Below, one piece after another: positions 56,736 through 62,707 of a stretch of DNA of 62,707 bases. The stretch's first letter is position 1; every line of letters starts with the position of its first letter. The DNA lies in assembly GCA_028681575.1 (NCBI GenBank), contig JAQUHX010000001.1:1-62707 (forward strand). Direction: 5' to 3'. Source of the DNA: Patescibacteria group bacterium. GTDB taxonomy: Bacteria; Patescibacteriota; Patescibacteriia; Patescibacteriales; UBA12465. Under the pieces are notes generated by a model. That model made no database searches. It saw nothing but the letters and a program-made list of their open reading frames with translations, and was not told the origin of the DNA. Made by a program: the position numbers and the translations under genes.

Positions 56736-58250
56736 ATGGAATATATTCTTTATGCTTTGTTTTTAGTCGGCGGTTTTTTTATTGGTTATTTAATTTATAA
56801 AAATGTCGGCGCTAAAAAACTAAGCGGCTCAGAACAAAAAGCTAAAAAATTATTAGACGAAGCGGCCCTAAAAGAAAAAGAAATTTTACTCCAGGCCCAA
56901 GAAAAAGCGCTTAAGGTGATTGAAGACTCCAAGAAAGAAGAGGTCCGAAGACGACAAGAAATAAGTCAGGCTCAAGCTCGTGTTGAAGAAAGAGAAAATT
57001 CTTTCTCCCAAAAACTTATTGATCTTCAAGAAAAGCAACAAAAGCTTTATGATCAGGTGGCTGAAGTCCAAAACATCAAAGATGAGATAAAAACTATCCA
57101 GCAAGAACAAGAAAAGAAGTTAGCAGAAATTGCTAATTTAAGCCCCGAAGAAGCTGAAGAAAAACTTTTAAAGAAAATTGAGGCTCAGTGTAGCGAAGAT
57201 TTAGCAATTCGCTTAAAAAAGCTAGAAAACGAAAGCGATGAGCGCCTGGCTGATAAAGCTCGCGATATTATGGCCTTAGCGATGCAAAGAACAGTTTCCA
57301 ATTACACTGTAGAATTAACAACTACAACAGTTGATTTGCCTAATGATGAAATGAAGGGACGAATTATTGGCCGCGAAGGAAGAAATATTAAATCGATTGA
57401 ACAACTAACGGGAACTGAAATTATTGTTGACGACACACCAAATGCAATTACTATTTCCGGCTTTTCTTTAATTCGTCGTCATATTGCTAAAAAAACTTTA
57501 GACTATTTAATCAAAGACGGCCGCATCCATCCAACTAAGATTGAGGATGCAGTGGAAAATGCCAAAAAAGATATTGCCATTGATATCAAAAAAGCTGGAG
57601 AAGAAGCACTTTACGAAGTCGGAGTGGCTGGCTTTGACCCCAAATTAGTACAAATTATCGGCCGTTTAAAATACCGAACAAGCTATGGTCAAAACACCTT
57701 ACACCACTCAGTAGAAGTTGCTCAATTAGCAGCAATTCTGGCCGAAGAGCTAGGCGCCGACGTTACTTTGGCGAAGAAAGGCGGCTTACTTCATGACATC
57801 GGTAAAGCTGTTGACCATGAAGTTCAAGGCACGCACACAGAAATTGGCCGTGACATCGCCAAAAAGTTTAATCTTCCTCAAGAATTAATTGATCCAATTG
57901 CTACTCACCACGATGACCAGCCCGCCTCTCTTATCTCAGTAATTGTAAAAGTAGCCGACGCTATCTCTTCTGCTCGCCCTGGAGCTAGAAGTGATAACTT
58001 CGAAAACTATATTCAGCGTTTAGAAGAATTGGAAAAAATCGCCTCATCTTTTGAGGGTGTTGAAAAAACTTATGCTATCCAGGCTGGCCGAGAAGTTCGT
58101 GTTTTTGTACGTTCAGAAGAAATGTCTGATTTAGCCTCACATGATTTAGCCCGCAATATCGCCCAAAAAATAGAAACTGAACTCAAATATCCAGGAGAAA
58201 TAAAAGTTAATGTGATTAGAGAATTACGAGTAACTGAATACGCTCGTTAA
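56736..58250 (+). CDS. rny: Ribonuclease Y
   Basis: N-terminal TM helix, coiled coil, KH (IIGREGRNIKS) and HD (LLHDIGKA) domains. ATG 56736 preferred over the listed TTG at 56685. Confidence 0.9.
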   Translation: MEYILYALFLVGGFFIGYLIYKNVGAKKLSGSEQKAKKLLDEAALKEKEILLQAQEKALKVIEDSKKEEVRRRQEISQAQARVEERENSFSQKLIDLQEKQQKLYDQVAEVQNIKDEIKTIQQEQEKKLAEIANLSPEEAEEKLLKKIEAQCSEDLAIRLKKLENESDERLADKARDIMALAMQRTVSNYTVELTTTTVDLPNDEMKGRIIGREGRNIKSIEQLTGTEIIVDDTPNAITISGFSLIRRHIAKKTLDYLIKDGRIHPTKIEDAVENAKKDIAIDIKKAGEEALYEVGVAGFDPKLVQIIGRLKYRTSYGQNTLHHSVEVAQLAAILAEELGADVTLAKKGGLLHDIGKAVDHEVQGTHTEIGRDIAKKFNLPQELIDPIATHHDDQPASLISVIVKVADAISSARPGARSDNFENYIQRLEELEKIASSFEGVEKTYAIQAGREVRVFVRSEEMSDLASHDLARNIAQKIETELKYPGEIKVNVIRELRVTEYAR

Positions 58251-58289
58251 CTTGGATTAGCGACTAAAAGATGAGATAAAAATTACCCC

Positions 58290-58318
58290 TTGAAATAAAG
58301 CCTTCCTTTTATTATAAT
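58290..58318 (+). promoter_or_regulatory. Near-consensus promoter for hup (TTGAAA-17-TATAAT)
   Basis: -35 at 58290..58295 and -10 at 58313..58318, 30 nt upstream of the ATG at 58348. Confidence 0.55.
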
Positions 58319-58347
58319 AATAACAGCTAAAAATTAAGTCTAAACCT

Positions 58348-58635
58348 ATGAACAAGGCACAACTCATCGAGAGGCTTTCTAAGCAGGTTGATGGTGTTTC
58401 AAAGAAACAGGCCGAGCAGTTTCTCAACGCTCTTACAAGCACCCTTACTAGCGAGTTAAAAGAGGGGCGTGAGGTAACCATTACCGGTTTCGGCACTTTC
58501 CTATCTCGTGTCCGTTATGCGCGAGGCGGGGTTAATCCGCAAAACCCAACCCAGAGAATTATTATCCCCGAAGTTCGAGTGGCCAAGTTTAAAACTGGTT
58601 ACAATCTCAAACAGGCCCTAAAAGGTAAACGCTAG
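58348..58635 (+). CDS. hup: HU-family DNA-binding protein
   Basis: MNKAQLIERLS...ITGFGTF...RNPQT-like arm motif (GGVNPQNPTQRIIIPE), 95 aa. Confidence 0.9.
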   Translation: MNKAQLIERLSKQVDGVSKKQAEQFLNALTSTLTSELKEGREVTITGFGTFLSRVRYARGGVNPQNPTQRIIIPEVRVAKFKTGYNLKQALKGKR

Positions 58636-58643
58636 ATTTAAAG

Positions 58644-58716
58644 GCGCTCGTAGCTCAATGGATAGAGCACTTGGCTTCGGACCAAGGGGTTGTGGGTTCG
58701 AATCCTGCCGGGCGCA
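58644..58716 (+). tRNA. tRNA-Arg (UCG)
   Basis: Cloverleaf folded by hand. Anticodon loop CTTCGGA. Confidence 0.85.
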
Positions 58717-58727
58717 CTATTTTTTTG

Positions 58728-58756
58728 TTGACAACTCTAGCCTCTTCCTTTATTCT
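58728..58756 (+). promoter_or_regulatory. Promoter for tRNA-Met/tRNA-Lys (TTGACA-17-TATTCT)
   Basis: -35 at 58728..58733 and -10 at 58751..58756. Confidence 0.45.
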
Positions 58757-58805
58757 AAGTTAAAGAAAATTAAAATTTTTTATTTTTTAGGTTATTTTTT
58801 CACGA

Positions 58806-58879
58806 GGCTGGGTAGCTCAGCTGGTTAGAGCGTAGCACTCATAACGCTAAGGTCGAGAGTTCAATTCTCTCCCCAGCCA
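58806..58879 (+). tRNA. tRNA with CAU anticodon (elongator Met or lysidine-modified Ile2; not distinguishable by eye)
   Basis: Acceptor GGCTGGG/CCCAGCC is fully paired, so it is not an initiator. Anticodon loop CTCATAA. A31/C39 mismatch at the base of the loop. Confidence 0.8.
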
Positions 58880-58892
58880 CTAAAAAATTTAA

Positions 58893-58968
58893 GCGCTGTT
58901 AGCTCAGCTGGTAGAGCAGCTCCCTCTTAAGGAGACGGTCGCAGGTTCGAATCCTGCACGGCGCACCA
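58893..58968 (+). tRNA. tRNA-Lys (CUU), with genomically encoded CCA
   Basis: Anticodon loop CTCTTAA. It is the only tRNA of the eight here that encodes a 3' CCA (58966..58968). Followed by a terminator hairpin ATAGGC...GCCTAT plus a T-run. Confidence 0.85.
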
Positions 58969-59096
58969 AGCAAAAATAGGCACTAGGGCCTATTTTTTAT
59001 TAATAATCAATCTAAAAAAATTAAAAAACTTTGAAATTTGCTAATTTTTATACTACAATAAAAATAAGAAATTAAAATTACTAAACAACAGATGCT

Positions 59097-60065
59097 ATGA
59101 GAATAAACAAAAAGTATTTAATTACCGCCCTTGTCGTTCTAGTAGCAATCTTAACAGTGGTAATTTTTTACAAACCTCAAGCTCCAGAAAATGAACCAAT
59201 CAAAGATGCCCCTGCAAATGATAAAAAAATTAACACCATGTTAATGCTGATTGAATTTGAAGAAATCGACGGGATTTTGCAATGGGAAAAAGAGCTGGAC
59301 CAAAGAGGCTTAACTGCCCTTATTAAAGTTCAAGACAATATTTTAGAAGAAAACCCCGAGGTCTTTAAAAGGTTAGCCGATAAAGGCTACGAAATTGCTG
59401 GGGGGTACGACACGGAGCCCTTTTGGGGCATGCCTTACGATAAACAATACAATTACTTAGAAGAATCAAAAAAACTAGTAGAAGAAATTACCGGCAAAAA
59501 GATGCGCGTCTTCGGTAGCCGCTATTTTGCTTATGATGAAACCACTTTAAAAGCCGCTGATGATTTAGAAATTGATTATATTTTAGGGCGTGGCGTGAAC
59601 GATGTTGAAGCAACTATTTACCATCCAGAAGAATACAACGTAAAAATTATCTCAGTAACGAACGTGGATGTTGGCGAACCAATGGGAAGAGGCTCTCTTT
59701 GTGATTACAGCCTTTGGGCAAGAGGTGCTGGAGCCGAGGAATTTGGAGAAATATTAGATGAAAGTATTGCTAAAAACCCAAACAATATGATTTTAGTTTC
59801 TCATTCTTATCTCGGCGGAACGAGATTAGAATGGTGGAATCAGTATAAAAGAGCCCTAGGCTCTAACAAAATTAGCTGGGAAGGCTTTGATTCTTGGTTA
59901 GAAAATCAAACAATAATTAGTTTGCCGAACGCAGAAATTCCCTTAAACAACGAGGTAAAATATGTTCAACCAGCTCCAGCTAAGGCAATGAGCGACTACG
60001 AGGAGGTTCCCGGACTAGGAGACATATTAGCACCATCCTCTCATAATGAGATGATGTGCTATTAA
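59097..60065 (+). CDS. Membrane-anchored hypothetical protein, possibly a degenerate NodB/deacetylase-like fold
   Basis: N-terminal TM helix. There is loose resemblance to polysaccharide deacetylase strand order, but the canonical TFDD and HxxH metal motifs are not visible. Confidence 0.3.
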   Translation: MRINKKYLITALVVLVAILTVVIFYKPQAPENEPIKDAPANDKKINTMLMLIEFEEIDGILQWEKELDQRGLTALIKVQDNILEENPEVFKRLADKGYEIAGGYDTEPFWGMPYDKQYNYLEESKKLVEEITGKKMRVFGSRYFAYDETTLKAADDLEIDYILGRGVNDVEATIYHPEEYNVKIISVTNVDVGEPMGRGSLCDYSLWARGAGAEEFGEILDESIAKNPNNMILVSHSYLGGTRLEWWNQYKRALGSNKISWEGFDSWLENQTIISLPNAEIPLNNEVKYVQPAPAKAMSDYEEVPGLGDILAPSSHNEMMCY

Positions 60066-60092
60066 AATAAACTTCTCTTACTTTTAAAAAAC

Positions 60093-60130
60093 AAAAAAAC
60101 ACCCTCAACTTAAAGCTGGGGGTGTTTTTT
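60093..60130. terminator. Bidirectional terminator between 59097..60065 and recA
   Basis: ACACCCTCA...TGGGGGTGT hairpin flanked by A7 and T6 runs. Confidence 0.7.
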
Positions 60131-60137
60131 ATTTATA

Positions 60138-61217
60138 CTACTCTTCTTCGCCCTTATCTTCTTTTTCTACCGGGCCACCCTCAATCTCTCTTTTTTTAGA
60201 TTCCACTAAAATTTCTTTACGTAATTTTAAAAGCATCTTTTTATCCTCTTTCATAAAACGCTTAGCGGCCTCACGCCCAACGCCCAGCTTAATTTCTCCA
60301 TAAGAATAGGAGTTGCCATTTTTCTTAATAACCCCATATTCAACGCCGGTGTCTAAAATATCTCCAGCTAAAGAAATCCCTTCGTTATACATGATATCAA
60401 ACTCACTAGAACGAAAAGGGGCGGCAACTTTATTCTTAACCACTTTTACTTTAACGCGATTGCCGATTATTTTATCACCTTGTTTTATTTGAGCTGCTCG
60501 GCGAATTTCAATTCTGACCGAAGAATAAAACTTCAGAGCATTGCCGCCAGTAGTTGTTTCCGGATTACCAAAGAAAACACCAATTTTATTTCGGATTTGA
60601 TTAATAAAAATAATCACTGTATTTGTTTTAGCCACTGCCGCCGTTAATTTTCGCAGGGCCTGACTCATTAGCCGCGCTTGAAGGCCCATATGCTGATCCC
60701 CCATATCGCCCTCTATTTCTTTTTGTGGCACCAGAGCAGCGACTGAGTCAACAACCACTACATCAACCGCATTAGAACGAACCAGAGTTTCTACTATGTC
60801 TAAGGCTTGCTCGCCAGAATCTGGCTGAGAAATGATTAAATCTTTAATGTTAACGCCTATTTTTTCAGCATAAGCTGGATCAAGTGCATGCTCCGCATCA
60901 ACAAAAGCAGCAATACCACCGAGGTGTTGAACCTCGGCAACGATATGTTGAGCTAAAGTAGTTTTTCCTGATGATTCAGGGCCATAGATTTCGATAACTC
61001 GACCACGCGGGATACCGCCAATCCCTAAAGCAATATCTAAAGATAAACATCCGGTCGGAATTGAATCAACATCAGTTTTACGGGCATCACCAAATTTCAT
61101 GATGGAGCCCTCGCCGAACTTAGCACGCACTTGTTCCATTGCCGCTAAAGCCGCTTCTTCTTTTTTGTCAGCTTCACCGTTAGTCTTGGTAACGGCAGCT
61201 GTTTTTTTATTAGCCAT
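60138..61217 (-). CDS. recA: Recombinase A
   Basis: [10 protein letters not shown] Walker A, with L1/L2 loop regions conserved, 359 aa. Confidence 0.97.
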   Translation of the reverse strand: MANKKTAAVTKTNGEADKKEEAALAAMEQVRAKFGEGSIMKFGDARKTDVDSIPTGCLSLDIALGIGGIPRGRVIEIYGPESSGKTTLAQHIVAEVQHLGGIAAFVDAEHALDPAYAEKIGVNIKDLIISQPDSGEQALDIVETLVRSNAVDVVVVDSVAALVPQKEIEGDMGDQHMGLQARLMSQALRKLTAAVAKTNTVIIFINQIRNKIGVFFGNPETTTGGNALKFYSSVRIEIRRAAQIKQGDKIIGNRVKVKVVKNKVAAPFRSSEFDIMYNEGISLAGDILDTGVEYGVIKKNGNSYSYGEIKLGVGREAAKRFMKEDKKMLLKLRKEILVESKKREIEGGPVEKEDKGEEE

Positions 61218-61286
61218 ACTTTTTTAACAATAACCTTTCGGGAGGGTTGGTTATTAAAATTAAATTTATAAAAATTCGACTGCTAT

Positions 61287-61315
61287 ATTATAACTTATTT
61301 TGCTTAGCAAACCAA
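61287..61315 (-). promoter_or_regulatory. Candidate recA promoter (TTGGTT-17-TATAAT)
   Basis: Minus strand: -35 at 61315..61310 and -10 at 61292..61287. I could not see a LexA/Cheo-type box. Confidence 0.35.
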
Positions 61316-61328
61316 CTATTTCAAAAAT

Positions 61329-61739
61329 TTATCTAAACTCTTTTAGACGGCTTATCAGCTTAGTCCAAACAACCCCCAAATCAAAGGCGCCAGCTCTAAA
61401 AGCTTCCTTGAGATAGTTGGCTCCAGAAAGATCGGTTCCCTGATTTTTGTAAAGAGGCAAAGAAACGATATCGTTATTTTGAGTTGATTGATTTTTAATA
61501 AATTCCCCCATTTGAAAACTAAGCCCTCTTGCTCCCCAAGCAAAGAGCGGCAATGGCCGATTATTGGCCTGATCAACGAGAGTAGATACTCCAGCTAAAA
61601 ATTGCCCAACCAGAGGCCAACGATCGGAAGACTGAGTAGAAAAATTATCCGAATTATATCCAAGGGTTGAAAAAACAGCCAAATAAAAAAATAGTAATAA
61701 CAGAAATAAGGTGCTTAAAATTCCCCCTAATTTTTTCAT
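61329..61739 (-). CDS. Exported or membrane-anchored hypothetical protein
   Basis: N-terminal hydrophobic segment (ILSTLFLLLLFFYLAVFSTLG), 136 aa, no recognisable motif. Confidence 0.5.
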   Translation of the reverse strand: MKKLGGILSTLFLLLLFFYLAVFSTLGYNSDNFSTQSSDRWPLVGQFLAGVSTLVDQANNRPLPLFAWGARGLSFQMGEFIKNQSTQNNDIVSLPLYKNQGTDLSGANYLKEAFRAGAFDLGVVWTKLISRLKEFR

Positions 61740-61897
61740 AAAAAAACAAAACTTTATAAATTTATTTTATCATTTTAAGAGGCAGTGAGCAATTTTTATT
61801 TTTATCTTATTTTAGATTAAAAATATTGGGAACTACTTGACAATAAAAAGAAAATGGTTTATTTTAAAAAGAGAATTTTAACAAAAAAATAAGAAAA

Positions 61898-62551
61898 ATG
61901 GAGGGACTAATAAACTTTTACAAAGAGGCTAATAGCCATGCTGGCTCAAACTATCTTTTAAAAAAAGATTTAGAAATTGTTGTTGATAGAGGAGTTTCAA
62001 ACCCTAATTTATCAACAACAAAATTAATGGCTGAATATATCGACCAAAACCCGGAAATTAGCCAAGGAAAAGTAGTTGTTGACTGTCGTTGCGGTTGTGG
62101 AGTTTTAGGAATTAAAGCTGCTCTAAATGGAGCCAAACAAGTTTTTCTTACCGACTCTTCGCCGCTTGCAATAAGAAATACTGAAAAAAACATAAAAAAG
62201 ATTCGTCTCTGTAAATTAGTCGAGGTAATTGAAACTGATTTGCTAGAAGATGTTCCTGAACAGGTTGATACAATCTTTTTTTCACACCTCTTATTGCCTG
62301 GAAGACCAAAAAGTTTTGACTGGTTAGAAAAAACCCTATTTGACGATGGTCAAATCTTGAGTCGTTTTTTCTTCCAAGCGCTTACTTTTCTAAAGCCTGA
62401 AGGGAAAATTTTTATCCCCTTTAATCGAGCAATCGGTGATGTCCGCGGACCAGCTTTCTTTTCCGCAAAAAGAAGCCTGGAGCCGAGAATAGCTCATCGC
62501 CAAAAAATGCAAGAAGGCGAAATAATGATTTTTGAATTTAAAAAGTTTTGA
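61898..62551 (+). CDS. Class I SAM-dependent methyltransferase
   Basis: Motif I VVVDCRCGCGVLGIKAA and acidic motif II FLTD. Substrate unknown. Confidence 0.65.
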   Translation: MEGLINFYKEANSHAGSNYLLKKDLEIVVDRGVSNPNLSTTKLMAEYIDQNPEISQGKVVVDCRCGCGVLGIKAALNGAKQVFLTDSSPLAIRNTEKNIKKIRLCKLVEVIETDLLEDVPEQVDTIFFSHLLLPGRPKSFDWLEKTLFDDGQILSRFFFQALTFLKPEGKIFIPFNRAIGDVRGPAFFSAKRSLEPRIAHRQKMQEGEIMIFEFKKF

Positions 62552-62554
62552 AAC

Positions 62555-62588
62555 AAAAAAACCATCTCATAAAGAGGTGGTTTTTTTC
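62555..62588. terminator. Bidirectional terminator between the methyltransferase gene and 5S rRNA
   Basis: AAACCATCTC-ATAAA-GAGGTGGTTT flanked by A- and T-runs. Confidence 0.7.
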
Positions 62589-62606
62589 AAATAAAAAACA
62601 CCATTG

Positions 62607-62707
62607 TTCTGGCGACGACCTACTTTCCCAGGGCTCCTGCCCAAGTATCATCGGCGCTGGAGGGCTTAACTTCTGAGTTCGGGAAGGGATCAGGTGTGAC
62701 CCCTCCG
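62607..62707 (-). rRNA. rrf: 5S ribosomal RNA (3' about 100 nt; 5' end beyond the window)
   Basis: The reverse complement reads ...CCTGATCCCTTCCCGAACTCAGAAGTTAAGCCCTCCAGCGCCGATGATACTTGGG...GGGAAAGTAGGTCGTCGCCAGA. This matches the conserved bacterial 5S core (CCGAACTCAGAAGTGAAAC...GCGCCGATGGTAGT). Confidence 0.9.

Noticed and set aside
1-62707. CRISPR arrays, toxin-antitoxin pairs, restriction-modification or other defence islands
   Set aside because: I saw no regularly spaced direct repeats and no cas, nuclease-methylase or small paired ORF signatures on either strand. The only methyltransferases are rsmA, trmD and one orphan class I enzyme with no nuclease partner.

Overview
AT-rich, very compact bacterial window with short or overlapping gene junctions and many intrinsic terminators. 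Content and style look like a reduced-genome Patescibacteria/CPR-type organism; that assignment is inference, not a search result. About 90% is ordinary housekeeping: leuS, rsmA, xth, a 4-subunit pyruvate:ferredoxin oxidoreductase, rnhA, recJ, lepA, murJ, rpoB, rpoC, a murE-like ligase, ftsK, ruvC, yebC, gpmI, polA, murD, murI, holA, rpsT, rpsO, pnp, rpsP, trmD, rbfA, infB, rny, hup, recA, eight tRNAs and a partial 5S rRNA. No CRISPR array, transposase, integrase or recognisable defence genes were seen. Three things are not ordinary. (1) The first 5 kb has no minus-strand entry in the supplied ORF track, but by hand translation it is one giant exported, cysteine-repeat protein gene: signal peptide at 4994, 1293 codons to a TGA at 1113, then the same architecture continues to the window edge. 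(2) That gene is broken by a roughly 60-nt segment lying one frame off, bounded by two T-homopolymers. The off-frame segment encodes a perfect copy of the protein's own C-x4-VGC repeat. (3) The otherwise conserved porC-porD-porA-porB operon is headed by a membrane-anchored DsbA-like oxidoreductase. It is also interleaved, with overlapping start/stop codons, with two paralogous VirB2/TrbC-pilin-like, Cys-rich exported proteins, one fused to an M15 (VanY-type) peptidoglycan peptidase. Together with the giant protein this suggests a disulfide-stabilised cell-surface module, but that reading is unproven. Smaller observations: unlisted micro-ORFs, a structured pnp leader next to an NYN-domain gene, acidic tails on FtsK, S15, S16 and the KH protein, an atypical initiator tRNA, and a consensus promoter plus DnaA box upstream of rpoB. 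All coordinates and translations were worked out by hand. No database searches were run.
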